The notes under the pieces: generated by a model
Seen by the model: only the letters and a program-made list of their open reading frames with translations
Databases searched by the model: none
What the model was told of the DNA's origin: nothing
Program-made: the position numbers and the translations under genes
Shown here: piece by piece, positions 25,698 to 39,070 of the stretch
Layout: each line of letters opens with the position of its first letter
How positions within the stretch are numbered: position 1 is the first letter of the stretch
From: Octopus sinensis
Taxonomy: Eukaryota
Length of the DNA: 64,000 nucleotides
Assembly: GCF_006345805.1 (NCBI RefSeq)
Contig: NC_043008.1
Location: 56,606,001-56,670,000, forward strand
Reading direction: 5' to 3'

Positions 25698-26189
25698 AGG
25701 ATGACACATGTTATTCCTCTTCTTAAAACCGCTGGTATTTTGCATTTATTAGAAATCATTATTTAGAAAATCAGAATCGCTCGCCCATTGAACAACTGCC
25801 GTTATTTTGTTACTGGCTTCTTCCTTTTCACTTCAAAATCCCACAAGAGATCAACTTTGATCTTCTTCCTTTATGTATTGATGAAATAACGAACCGATCA
25901 ATCACTGGATTCGATTTCATCGATTAACCTCCACCTTAAATTGATGGCCTTATGCCGAAACGAAGAGCGAGGTCATGCGCTACAAGGCATCGCTGAATCC
26001 ACCTTGGGTAATGGCAGTTTCGCACTATTGAGGTGAAAACCCTCCAGCCTATGGATCTGTTTGGGTTGTCGTTGGTGAGAGTTTTACGAGGGTTGTGTGC
26101 AAATCCTACATCAAGCACTCTTAGTAGCCTTTCGCCCGAAAGGAAACGTTAGAGCTCCACTTTGGCTTGTCCGCCCCGAACACAGAGCA

Positions 26190-26310
26190 TTGGAGCAACA
26201 TAAAATGAAGTGTTTTGTTCAAAGACATAACACGCCTCTCGTTCTGGGAATAGCATCCACGATCTAGCGATCGAGAGTACAACATCATAATCACTATGTC
26301 ACGCGCATTC
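26190..26310 (-). mobile_element. Degenerate CORE-like SINE fragment
   Basis: The reverse complement has GTGTTATGTCTTTGAACAAAACACTTCATTTTATGTTGCTCC. Confidence 0.55.
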
Positions 26311-26460
26311 ATAAAGTACTCCTCAACCGGAATGAGGCCCGGGGGGATGGGATCCCAGGGTCACAATGTGTGTTCGAGATGCTCCCTGAGTTCTGCAATT
26401 CTCATCGATTCACGGTGATGGCTGCGCAGTTCATCGACGGACGAGCCGAATGATTCTCCG

Positions 26461-26502
<42 letters not shown>

Positions 26503-26964
26503 ATATGTATATGTATTTGTGTGTCTGTGTCTGTGTTTCTGTGCGTGTGTGTGTGTATACATATGTGCATATATATATATGTACGTATGTTTGTGTATTT
26601 ATGTTTGTCCCGCAATTGACTGGTAACTGATGTTAGTTTGTGTACGTTCCTGTTATTTAGCGTCTGGGTGATAGCAACCGACAAAATAAGAATCAAGCTT
26701 CAAAGAACAGTCAATTTGTTCGGCTAATCTCTCAAAGATGCGCTCTAGCTCGGTTGGTGTCCAGTGACTGAAAGAAGTAAATGCCTTATGCACTTTGGCC
26801 GCCGGTTTGGCGTTACTGCAAATCAACCTTCCTAGGAATTAGTAAAATTTTCATTGTTCATCATTCGCACAAGTTTTCATATTCGATACAAGTGTAAAAT
26901 ATAATGGTTCCAAAGTTTGGTACACGGCGAGCAATTTTGAGTAGGGAACAAGTCGATTGGATAG

Positions 26965-27110
26965 ACCCATAGTGTTCAACTGGGGCTTATCTAATCGACC
27001 CCGGAAGGATGAAAAGTAAAATCGACCCCGGTGGCATGTGAGCTCAGAACGCGCGAAATGCTGTTAAGCATTTTCGCCCGGCGCGCTAACGATTCTGCCA
27101 ACTCGCCGCC
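26965..27110 (-). mobile_element. Degenerate family A SINE
   Basis: ATCGACCCCGGAAGGATGAAAAG...CTGCCAACTCGCCGCC. Confidence 0.75.
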
Positions 27111-27734
27111 TTTCGTGCAGAACATAATATAATTATGCTGAAGTAATACTTTAATGGTACTTATTTTCATTGACGATTGATGAAAGAAAAACAATGTTTC
27201 TTCCAGTCGAATTTGACCTCGGAATCTAAAGAGCCACAACTAAATACCGAATGGGATTATTCCCTTTCTCACCCACAATTCTAGTAATCCAGCACTTTCA
27301 TATTCGATCGATTATTACCAATATTAGATTGGGCTTATTTCCCAAGGACGACTTTACTCACCATCTCATAATAAACTAATCTTTTAATCGCATTAATCAA
27401 TCAATATGTATCTATGTTGGCGGATATATGTATGAATTAATTGTCAGACATTTCCTAACAATAATCCATAGCGATTATCCGATCTATTGCACATAATATA
27501 AACCACACATCAAATAACAGCTAAATAAACACGCGTAACGGCTTCAGTATTAGAACGTCTTATAATATACAGGCCGGGCCAAAAGTCACGCACAAAATAA
27601 GTTCAATACGCTTCGGAATTGTCAAGAGACCTGCTATAATTTTTTTATTCTAAAACTGAATATAATGCGCAAAATAATGATGAATACACACATACTTGTA
27701 TATGATGAACAAAATGAATAGTAATAATAATAGT

Positions 27735-28350
27735 CCTTTCCTTTCTACTATAGGTACAAGGCCTGAAACTTTGAAGGAGGGAACAGTCAATTAATTCGAC
27801 CCTAACGTATAATTGTACTTAATTTAGCAGCCCCGAAAGGATGAAAGGCAAAAATCGACCTCAGCGGAATTTGAACTCAGAACGCAAAGACCGACGAAAT
27901 GCTGCCAACCATTTTGCCCAGCGTGCAAATGATTCTTACAGCTCGCCACCTAAAATAATCATAATAATAAACCTTTCTACTCTAGGCACAAGGTCTGGAT
28001 TTTTTATGGGGAGGGGGACAGTTGATCACATCGACTCCAGTACTTGGCAGGTACTTAATTTATCAAGTCCGTAACGATGAAAGACAAAGTCGACCTCGGA
28101 GGTATTTGAACTCAAAACGTAAAGGCGGACGAAAATACCTATTTCTTTACTACCCACAGGGGCTAAACACAGAGAGGACAAACAAGGACAGACACACGGA
28201 TTAAGTCGATTATATCGACCCCAGTGCGTAACTGGTACTTATATAATCGACCCCGAAAGGATGAAAGGCAAAGTCGACCTCGGCGGAATTTGAACTCAGA
28301 ACGTAGCGGCGGACGAAATACCGCTAAGCATTTTGCCCGACATGCTGACG
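27735..28350 (-). mobile_element. Tandem array of three family A SINE units (tails A2, A2, A1)
   Basis: Cores at about 27830, 28075 and 28250. The A1 tail is fused directly to the internal GGTATTTTCGTC of the next unit at about 28140. Confidence 0.82.
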
Positions 28351-28740
28351 CTTCTATGGTTCCATTTACTCGAACCGCTAAGTTACGGGGATGTAAACAA
28401 ACTGTCAACGGTTTTCTAATAGTGGTAGGGACAAGCCCAAATACAAAGAATCAAATACACACATATATAATTTCCATCAACCAGATTCACTCACGACGCA
28501 TTGGTCTGCATGGGGTTATAGTGCAAAACACTTGTCCAAGGCGATACACAATGAGACTGCAAGTACGTTGCTGTAAAGCAAGATTCTTGACCACGCATCC
28601 GTGTCTGCACTTATTGTTTTATTGAGTTAACTACTTTGAATAATGTAGTAATTACCATTTAATGACACATCATTTGACAATCAAAGAGACATGGAAACAA
28701 AGCGGCAGGGAGAGAAAGAGAGATTGAAAGATAGACAGAC

Positions 28741-28813
<73 letters not shown>

Positions 28814-30299
28814 GAGAGAGATTATATTGTCGGTGTAGCCAGTAGGTATAAATATTGTTTAAAATTCAACTACGGAAAACGCATTTTAGCAATGTTTAAC
28901 CGGTAACTTACCTCCAATTCTTTGTACATAAAGTACTTTCGACAACATTAATCGGCGTCTCCTTTGACACGACGGCAAGGTGTAATTTGTTATCGATCTA
29001 CATGTTTTAGCGAGTCGAGCGCCTACGCTGGAGCAGAAGCATCGCCTTTGCTTCCTGGGCGTAACTGCAATCCTTTATTTTCGAATCTGAATAACTTGGG
29101 TAAATTAAGGAACGCAATCTTTCAACAACTTATGTAAAACATATTACTGTGAGCTTAACTAAACACTCATAATTTTCACAGTGGTGCCACTGCTTAAATG
29201 TGGTGATCAAAAATATTTAGCTGTGCAAGAAAAGTAAATTAATTTCTATTACAACCACAGGTTCCTCTTTGCAATGGAGAGTCTTTTCTTTAAATCACGT
29301 TACTGCGTATTTGAACAGCTATTTTGGAACGAAGGTGTGTGGATTTCTTTTCAATTCCCAAGTTATTTGAGAGACATAAAAGTGTAATAATTGCACGTTT
29401 ATACGAGTGTTATCCAATACACTTATAAAGACACTCAATTTAGTTTGGTCAAAAGGTCTCCAAGAGATTGGAAAAGTTTTATTAATTGCTGCATCGAAGA
29501 AATATATGTGCTAAGAGATTAACGAATTAACAGTAGCAGTCGATATACTGAGAGATAATTTACAATAAAGATTGCCAATATCAGATTTCTTAATTTTATT
29601 TCTTATTCATTTGTAAAAGGATGGCATTTAACATTGTCTTTGCGACGCAATATAATGTATAGAATTCTTGGTAATATTATATGCATCTGTCTCCAGAATT
29701 CTCTTGACATATTGCTACTCAAATATTGAACATAAGACTTTTAACTATTATATACTTGTCAATATACACAGCTGTTAGATATTTGTGATATATTTATTGT
29801 TTAGCCTTAAGCTATCCCTGATCCAGCAGAACTATGATTAATCTAGCTCTAGTTATAATCATATCTTTATTGAAGCGTTAAATATTTCAAACTAAATTAT
29901 TACTAAATATCATTCCTTTGGGCGTTGTTCTGTTGTTGTTCAGCTTAAGGTACAGCCTGATCCAGAGGAACCATGATCAAAAATGATCTAACTTACTTTA
30001 TTTAGGTACTGAATATATAGAACCACATTATTGTTGTGAGTCTATTACAAGAAAAACAAGTGGAACGCCGTTTGGTAGGAAATAGAAATACTTAACCGCA
30101 CACCATTTCTTCTGTGCATGTGTGGAATTATATCAACATTATTATATATGCGTGTGTCTATACAGATATACATTATCTCCTCTATTTTAATCTCTCTCTC
30201 TCTTTCTCTCTCTGACTGACTGACTCACTCACTCACTCATTCTCCCTCCCCTCTCTCTTTCGCTTTCTACATACACATATATATATATGTATAAATTGA

Positions 30300-30344
<45 letters not shown>

Positions 30345-31461
30345 CTGGAACTACATACACACACACACACACATATATATATACAAATATAAATGCATAC
30401 GTGTATATATTAACATGTATGCATGCATATATATGCACACACGTATACACACACACATATATATATATATATACTTATGCAACTATATATACGAGTATGC
30501 ATGTGTGCAGAGACGCGTATATACACACGCCTCACACATCACACACTCATACACACACTCACGCACGCACTTGTGTGCACACACAAACACACACACACAA
30601 ATATGGGCTTAAGTACGTGTGTAGTTGGAAATGTGCTGGATGTTGCGGAGTATGTGAGAATCGAACCAACGCTTTAGAGTTAATGCTCTTTCATATTAAC
30701 AGTATAGTTCGCTACATGATCAAATATATTATTAGACATTTGTCCAGTCATCTGAATTAGATAATCGAATAAATAAACACAATAAATATTTAACATTAGG
30801 TTTGATCCAAAATTCATTTCTAATCTACAGGTAAACATATATTTGGAATACTACATACTCGCACTCATAAATACTAATGGCTTCATGCATCTATATATAC
30901 GTAAGTGAAGGCTCCTGGTTCAATGCTTTGGGATAGAAATGAACCCATTGACCTGGTGGAAGGTCATACCAATCCGGTCTCACGATAATCGTCGATGCGG
31001 AATCAGTGAGCGCAATATTCTAAGCAAACTTGCACAATCAATATGGCGGTTTTATATCTTTGCTTCTAGCTCTACATATGACGTCACTGAAGGTTTCACT
31101 GGTCTTTAAGTATTCAAGCGTAAAATAAGAACGGGAATTCTATCGAGCGACAACTAGTTATTGCAGTTTGGTTCCTGTTGTTCTTAAGATAGAAATCCTT
31201 TGAAGATGTTTAACATTTCAAGTTGCTGCAGGTCCAAAAGTGGCTTAGTTGTAAAACTGTAAAGCATTTCAATGTATGTAGAAACACGAGCACGTATACG
31301 TTACACACACATGGATATTATATACTTGTATACAGGTATGAATACAAATTATATATTTGTATTCAGGTATGTCTACATATTTGTATACAGGTATGCGTAC
31401 AAATTTGTATATGTGTACATATTTGTATATATACATGTGTGTGTGTGTATACATACACATG

Positions 31462-31747
31462 TGGAGGCGCAATTGGTCCATTGGTTTGGGCAGCGGACAT
31501 GCGGTCGGAGGATCGCGGTTTCGATTCCCAGACCGGGCGTTGTTTGTGTTTATTGAGCGAAAACACGTAAAATCCTCCACGAGACTCCGGCAGGGGGTGG
31601 TGGCGACCCCTGTTGTACTCTTTCGCCACAACTTTCCCTCACTCTCTCTTCCTGTTTCTTGTGTAACGGTGCGATGGTCCGGCGTCCACATACGCCACAG
31701 AAACCGGGAAACCGGACCCATGTGCCTGGTTAGGCTTGAAAAGGGCG
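31462..31747 (+). mobile_element. tRNA-head + middle Z + tail Y SINE
   Basis: Homologous to 6146-6461. Confidence 0.88.
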
Positions 31748-31759
31748 ACGTCTGTGTGT

Positions 31760-31805
<46 letters not shown>

Positions 31806-32112
31806 GTATGTATATATCACGTTATCCCTTCATCGACTAGCCTATTGGATGTTATACATCGCTGGTCACAAGGCACTAACTCAATGAACAGAAATAGTAA
31901 ATAAAAGCACACACACACACATACATGCATGGATATATAAATGATGTGGTTTGCGCAACAACAAGGCGCAGCCAGTCTGCGAATCGTAACCACTATCTAA
32001 CGACTGTAACACACGATTAAGACCTAGACCAAACACTTTCATATACATTAACGCACACACAAATTGTTAAGATGGCTTATTCGCAATTTATAACCAAAAA
32101 GCCACAATTATA

Positions 32113-32288
32113 GACGTCACTAAGGTAACTAGGAGTAAGAGTAACTGATGAGGATTAATCAAATCCGAAATCATCGATGATCTAGCTCTGCCTCCCTTGT
32201 CAGTCATTACCGTGACTAAGAGTTGTTCTGACTCTTATTTCTAGCAATGATGGTGCTTAATATCAGCCTTAGTCACCTTAGTGACGTC
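32113..32288 (+). mobile_element. 176-bp TIR-bounded element carrying a hammerhead ribozyme
   Basis: 19-bp inverted repeats GACGTCACTAAGGT(A/G)ACTA at 32113-32131 and 32270-32288 (1 mismatch), with TA immediately outside both ends. Confidence 0.75.
32132..32195 (+). ncRNA. Type I hammerhead ribozyme with intact core and extended stem I
   Basis: CTGATGA at 32145-32151; stem II GGATT/AATCC with loop AATCA; GAAA at 32167-32170; stem III ATCA/TGAT with palindromic loop TCGA; AUC cleavage after 32182. Stem I is GGAG-TA-AGAG-TAA paired with TAG-CTCT-GC-CTCC. Confidence 0.85.
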
Positions 32289-34328
32289 TACACACCACAC
32301 GCACACATACTCGTTCACACACACACACTCACACGTATTTAATCGCAATAAACTCAGGTCATTATTAGGTGCCTTATTTTACACTATCCTTTCGTGTAGA
32401 TCTTTCGAAAAATATCCTCAGCTTCATGAGTAATACGAGTTAGATAATGATCCTGTCTACTATGCACATAAAGCCTGAAAATTTGGGAGAGGGGACTAGT
32501 CGATAACGATCCTAGATATAACTGATACATAAATTATTTACTCCGAGATGATAAAAAGCGAAGTCGACCTCTGAGAGATATGATCACAGAACGTCAAAAC
32601 GGGATAAATGCCGTTAAGTAACTTGTCCATTGTGCTAGCGATACAGCTAACTCGCTGCTTTAGAATCAATAATAAGAAAGAGGCAGTGAAATTACAAACA
32701 TATACTGTCGGATAAAATAGTTAGCCATATTCCTTCCGTATCTTTAAGTTCTGTGTTCCATTTCCAGTGAGGTTGACTGTGTCTTTTATTCCATCGGTCT
32801 CTATAAAATAAAATACCTGTGAAGTAAATAGAATTGCCCTCTTCCTTCAAAATTGCTGGCTTGTGTTCAAATCTGAAACCATTTAAAGAAGCAAGGCGGC
32901 AGAATCCTTACCGCACCGGAAAAAAAAATCTCCATGTCATTTCTACCATTCTTTGCAATCTGAGTTCATATCCTGCCTTGACTGTCGTCAAGTCAAAATC
33001 GCTGGGACTTGTGCCAAAGTTAGAAAGGATATTATAGCTAAAAGGCTGGAATTTAATATAAATCGCTTTAGCTCTCTGGATTTCAATACGAAATAAGGAT
33101 ATTAGATTTACTTCTGTAAACCTTCCAAAGGGGGTTTACTTATTTCTTTTTGTTTTATTATATGTGTTAATGATAAACTTTATTGTAATGCTACTAATAA
33201 CTATATTAATAATAGTATTAATAACATTATTATAAATATCAGTTTCCCGATTATTACTAACAATAAAACAATTTCTTTTGCCAACCACGAAGTTTTGAGA
33301 GCACAAACGCATCAACACCGGTTGACAAGTGGTGTGGAATGTGACGAGCATAGACGCAGAATCATTCACAAGGCTATAGTAGAAGACGCTTGCCTAAGAC
33401 GTAGCGGAGGGAAACCGAACCAACACCAAGTGGTTATAAAGCAGAGTATAATTAGCGTTTGATATATGTAGACATTTTCGCAAATATTTGTTGGATGACT
33501 ACTCTCCTTGACTCTAATATAGAAGTAGATACTCCCTAATAAGGAAGTAAATATATTAGCGGGTTCCTTATGATGATCACTAGCATACATGATGTTTCAT
33601 TGTTATAGCTTCCACTACGCTAGGAAAAAAATATAGAATCCTTTAGAAACGAACAGATTTTAAATTAATTTAATATTTACTAAACAATATTCATCACTGT
33701 TTCGATGTGTTTTCATGCAGCCATAGTGTGCGCTGTTAGTTCTGGTATCTCTCCATCGTCTGTGTTGTACATCTCTGAAGTTTCTGTCTACTTTCATTAC
33801 ACTGTACAACAAATTTCAGGGTCAAGAACAAAACATAGTTCTCATGTAGATTTTATTATGAAGTTGATTATGTTAAATTCGAATTTTATAACAAAAATTT
33901 CCCATCACATCACATTTTCTTGTAAATTACCGACTTAATACCTATGCAATTTATACAATCTATTGTAATTAATTCATAAATATATTATGAATCGCCATGT
34001 TTGTTCGCATTATATAATGTATTAACTTACATTTTAGTATTTCCTATGTTTATAAAATGTCTCAGGTGTGTCACACTTCAGGTTCTAGCAGAAGTCAGCC
34101 AGCATAGCTGGGCTCTATTAATGTAATGAAATACTATCTAACTAATAAACATAGTCTGTGTTCTTGTGCGTATGAATATGTATTGATAGATATTGTGTAT
34201 ATAAACACACACACACACAGAGTCGTCATTTTATATTTTTAATTCCGTGCATGCGCTTTGTTTTTTATTTTGTCAACTACACAGTATAGTAGGGTCATTT
34301 GGGCACCGTCTGTGAGAAAAACAGAACC

Positions 34329-34815
34329 ATGACGCAATTCACATTGTCGGAAATTTGGAAAGCTCCAATACGAACATTTCAGAGTGTTTGGGTGTCAATC
34401 CGAGGACCGTGCAATCTGAGGACATGTACCAAGAGTGATAAAAATTAAATATCCAGCCCTACATCAAGTACCTGGAGGAGGTAGTGCTGCCCTGGATCAA
34501 GAAGGTGACTGCTGGAAACCCTATGTCTAGCAACAGTACTCTGCACCATGCCACACAAGCAGTCAGACAATTTCTACGACCACATCATCCCTAACATCTG
34601 GCCATCTAACAGACTGCAACCCCCTTGATTATTATGTGTGGAGTATAGTTGAGAGAGAGACCAACAAAACTCCTTGTAACAACAAAGATGGACTGAAGGC
34701 AAGGAGTATGGTAATATTCACCAGCTTAAACAAGGAAACCGACCAGAAGATTTGCAGGAGATTCCGAAGTCGTGTGGAGGCCATGGTTGAAGTCAATAGT
34801 GATTTCATTGAATAA
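34329..34815 (+). pseudogene. Internally deleted, frameshifted mariner/maT-like transposase remnant
   Basis: Manual translation gives an HTH-like fragment (SSNTNISECLGVNPRTVQ), YIKYLEEVVLPWIKKV, PYV*QQYSAPCHTS and DCNPLDYYVWSIVERETNK...CRRFRSRVEAMVEVNSDFIE*. Confidence 0.85.
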
Positions 34816-34951
34816 AATTACTCTTTAGTATTTCAAGATATTTGTATGTAATTTTGGTAAATATATCTGTTAAAATGAGATGTCAGATTTTCATTCTTGC
34901 GTATTTTAGACGACAGTTTATCCTGAAAAAGAAAGAGAGAGAGAGAGAGGG

Positions 34952-34993
<42 letters not shown>

Positions 34994-35744
34994 CAAACAC
35001 ATAAGTGTGTTTGGCTGACTATGAATATAGAATATATTCTTTTACTGATTACAGGTATCTGCCCCTGGCCATACTTTGATACTGATATAAATATGTGTAT
35101 ATTAAAAGATATAGAGAATAACCATTTTCAATGCAACGAATCTGCAACAGGCAGATACTATGGAAGCGATGGAAAGCACTTTTTGCTTGAGGCCAAATCG
35201 AAATGACAAAAACGCTAATAAAAATGTCGGTTAATATACAGAAACGAAAATGGAAGATTTTACCTCCGAAAAGGTCAAGTTCATGAGTGTGCCGAAAGAT
35301 ATTTTGTAATTCTATTTACAATAACAGAATGGACAGTATACATCCAAAAATTATGTTTATTTTTATGTTAGGAATATAGAGTAGGAACCAAGACTTCTTG
35401 TTTGACTTCAGTCGTAAAAATCACCGCTTTAAAATATCGAGCCACTCTCAGCCAAAAGGTTTGGCTTGACTGTTAGCAATAGAGAAGAACTTGATAATGG
35501 TACACAAACAGCAAGTAATAGCGTCGAAACTGGTGCACAAAAGCGACTAGAATTATTTGCTTTATAGGAATTATCTTCTACACTCTCGCTTCCCATTTGT
35601 CATAAGTTATCTATTCTACATCGATTGAAACCTTGTAAACGTACTTCTTAGTCTGTAATTTCGTGGACGAGTTGTTGCCGATCTTAATACTACAACATCT
35701 CCTGTATGAAGTTACAGGTTATCAAGACGTCAACAGAGTCTGCT

Positions 35745-35850
35745 TCTCTCTCTGACCTTGACTATGCCGATGATCTAATCTTCACAGCTCGTTCATTCTG
35801 AGATTTGTAAGACTTGCGAGCTCCCCTTGAATATGCTGCAACCATAGTAG
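35745..35850 (+). pseudogene. RTE-like reverse transcriptase fragment
   Basis: SDLDYADDLIFTARS (YADD at 35763-35774), followed by stops. Confidence 0.6.
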
Positions 35851-36320
35851 AGTTCACGAGAGATATATTCGTCCCAAAATGACTGAATACAGTACCACCA
35901 ACAGAGAAGCCACTTGCCAATTTGTGCAACATCACTTTTTGAAAGGGCGCTGGTATTAACTTTGGAATTAATTACTATGTATTTGATATACTAAGTACCA
36001 GTATTGTACATTTATGATCTAAATTGTGAATGCATCGGGAAAATAATGTTTTACAGTGTAATTGATAATGTGATGGATAACAAGCAATAATCGTCGTAAT
36101 GAAGTTATCGCATCGCCTGGAAGTATTTTACAAACATACAAATATCAATGTTATACTATTCGATAGTTTCTATAATAACCGTTTTTCTCCAAGACGACAG
36201 CAATATGGTCAGAAATCGATGCTCTATTGAATGATCAGTCACGCTTCTGACCAATTGCTTTTAATGATCTGCAGTAAACTCCTCTGTCCAAACATTCAGT
36301 ATATTTTCTTTGAAACCAGA

Positions 36321-36550
36321 TGGCGGCGAGCTGGCAGACACGTTAGCGCGCCGGGTGAAATGCTTAGCGGTATTTCGTCTGTCGTTACGTTGTGAGTTCA
36401 AATTCCGCCGAGGTCGACTTTGCTTTCATCCTTTAGGGGTCGATAAATAAAGTACCAGTTTCGCACTGGGGTCAGTGTAATCGACTTAATCCGCTTGTCT
36501 GTCCTTGTTTGTCCCCTCTATGTTAGCCCCTTGTTTGCAATAAAGAAATA
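36321..36550 (+). mobile_element. SINE family A with a 16-bp TSD (1 mismatch)
   Basis: TATATTTTCTTTGAAA at 36300-36315 and TATATTCTCTTTGAAA at 36551-36566. Confidence 0.92.
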
Positions 36551-37058
36551 TATATTCTCTTTGAAAGCAACTATTGATAAAACATTATAAATTGCAATGT
36601 TCTTACTTTTTATATCATTTCCATGCATTTTCCGTAGGGTTCAGCCTAGGGAATCATCCTGACTATTTTACTGTTTGTGGCAGCTGTCATTGCTTGGCAC
36701 TCCTAGAATTAAGTGGCGACACAACATAAAGACGATAAATCGTATGATCATTTCGAAGTGTTAGCCACAAGGTATATGCAATCCACCGATAAATTCATAT
36801 TACCAACTGTCTGACGAAATTGAAACACAGTTTTCTGGACAGCACTACCGTTCAGATCATTTGATATCTTTTTATTCGTGAGTTGAATACCGAGTAAAGC
36901 AAAGATTTGTACTTTTGTACAAATGACAATTCCGTAAATTCACGTAAACTGAGACAAGAGAAACATCAGATATAGGTGAAATTATGAAATAAAATGTTAT
37001 CAGTTATAAATAATAATATGCATGAACATTTTTTATTTGGTAATATATTGTAGATAAT

Positions 37059-37465
37059 TACTCTTTACTCTTTACTCTTTTACTTGTTTCAGTCATTTGA
37101 CTGCGGCCATGCTGGAGCACCACCTTTAATCGAGCAACTCGACCCCGGGACTTATTCTTTTGTAAGCCCAGTACTTATTCTATCGGTCTCTTTTGCCGAA
37201 CCGCCAAGTAACGGGGACATAAACACACCAGCATCGGTTGTCAAGCAATGCTAGGGGGACAAACACACATTCACATACATATATATATATATACATATAT
37301 ACGACAGGCTTCTTTCAGTTTCCGTCTACCAAAACCACTCACAAGGCATTGGTCGGCCCGGGGCAATAGCAGAAGACACTTGCCCAAGATGCCACGCAGT
37401 GGGACTGAACCTGGAACTATGTGGTTGGTTAGCAAGCTACTTACCGCACAGCCACTCCTGCGCCT
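37059..37465 (-). mobile_element. SINE family B, full length
   Basis: Reverse complement of the 15324-15764 consensus, with a (TAAAGAG)n tail. Confidence 0.92.
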
Positions 37466-38544
37466 AATTAGGTATAATCTACACTTGAAAGTATATTTAA
37501 AGAAATACTAAACTTCATATATGTAATCAGATGTTTGAACAAAACTGTACATAGTTCAAATGAGTTATCATTTAAATTTAGAAGCAAAATGTAGGATTGT
37601 TTTGCATATATAAATAGCGGAAAAAGCTAAAGAGCCTTACTTCTTTTCAGTTACTCCTTTTTATGTTCTGTTTCCAGAAACCGCTATACATCGTGTGGAT
37701 TTCATAATTCGAAGCTAAGTAGCAGTGGAATACCTTTGCCCATAATCTGTGGACTTGTGCTGAAATTACTACTTTATTGCGAAGTATTCATTTACGGCAA
37801 CCATCTTAACACTTGAATAATATACTTTTTCTTCAAATCTTCCTCGATTGAGCATAAATATGATTATAATTATGATTAAATGTTTAGATTCCGTAGAAGA
37901 GACAAATAATTCCTCACATTTTCTGTAAGTTTGGGTGTACAGGAAATTCAAATGTTCTTATTATCCGAGATGAAATAGCTTCATTAACGAGCTGGTCCTA
38001 TATTTTCTAGTCTCTTACGAAAAGCAGTCTGTGAAGCGCGTAAATTAGAGATTGCTTAGTCTAATATTTATACTTTTAAATTACTTATGCGTCATTTTGC
38101 TCAATTTGTGTTCGATTGCCCTCTTTCAGCATTGTCCTTTTGATGCCAAAATTAATTCCAGTCAGTCAACCTCTATCTTTAACTGGGTATATTTGTTCCG
38201 CCTTGAATATTTATACTCCTGACAGAAGAAATCTGATTTAACTATATTAGAATTTTAAATTTACATTCCACCATTTTTTTAATAATATTCGCTGTCTACG
38301 CACAAATTACATTAGCATTGCAAAACTGATTCAGAGGCTATAAATCTTTGTTACTACAACACAATTTACACTATTTTTTAGGGTATCTTTTTATTAAATC
38401 TTTCATTTTCATGCAGGACTGGTACTTATATTTAAGTTATTTCTATCAAATAACTATTTGTACCAGGGATTGAGTACGAAATGTTTATCAATCAGACCTT
38501 AGTTATAAATCTTTATATTTGAGTTGAAGTTAGTCTCAACCACT

Positions 38545-38980
38545 ATATATAAGTGTATATGCATACACATATATATATGTATGTATATATATATATATAT
38601 GTATAAATATATGTGTATACATGTATATATATGTATGTATATATGTTTATATATATATATGTGTGTGTGTGTATAATGTATATGTATGTGTATATGTATG
38701 TATATATATGTATGTACATATATACATTTATGTATTTATGTATATGTATGTATATATATGTATGTGTATATATATATATATATATATTAATATATAAATA
38801 CATATGTATGTATATATTTATGTATATATATATATGTATCTGTATAAATGTGTATATATATATATATATGTATATATATGTATATAAATGCATGTATATA
38901 TATGTGTGTATATATATGTATGTAAATATATGTATATAGGTATATTTATATATATATATTGTGTGTATGTGTGTATAACC

Positions 38981-39013
<33 letters not shown>

Positions 39014-39070
39014 TATATATATGTATACATCTACATATATATCTATGTATCTACATACACACATATATAG
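38545..39070. repeat. Degenerate (TA/TG)n field
   Basis: Read directly from the sequence. Confidence 0.95.

Noticed and set aside
26120-26160. CCTTTCG/CGAAAGG hairpin followed by AAACGTTAGAG
   Set aside because: The CUGANGA half of a hammerhead core is absent.
27568-27595. TA|CAGGCCGGGCCAAAAGTCAC resembling the 49398 MITE end
   Set aside because: No matching opposite TIR was found, so it is at most a solo fragment.
28906-29070. Strong minus-strand donor (GAG|GTAAGT) with upstream open frames
   Set aside because: There is no convincing acceptor and no recognisable peptide; such donors occur by chance.
35021-35206. 61-aa ORF with an acceptor-like site (CPWPYFDTDINMC...)
   Set aside because: No family similarity and no linked exon; unsupported without RNA data.
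36810-36840. CTGACGA-AATT-GAAAC-ACA-GTT hammerhead-like string
   Set aside because: There is no stem II and no stem I pairing, so it is probably chance.
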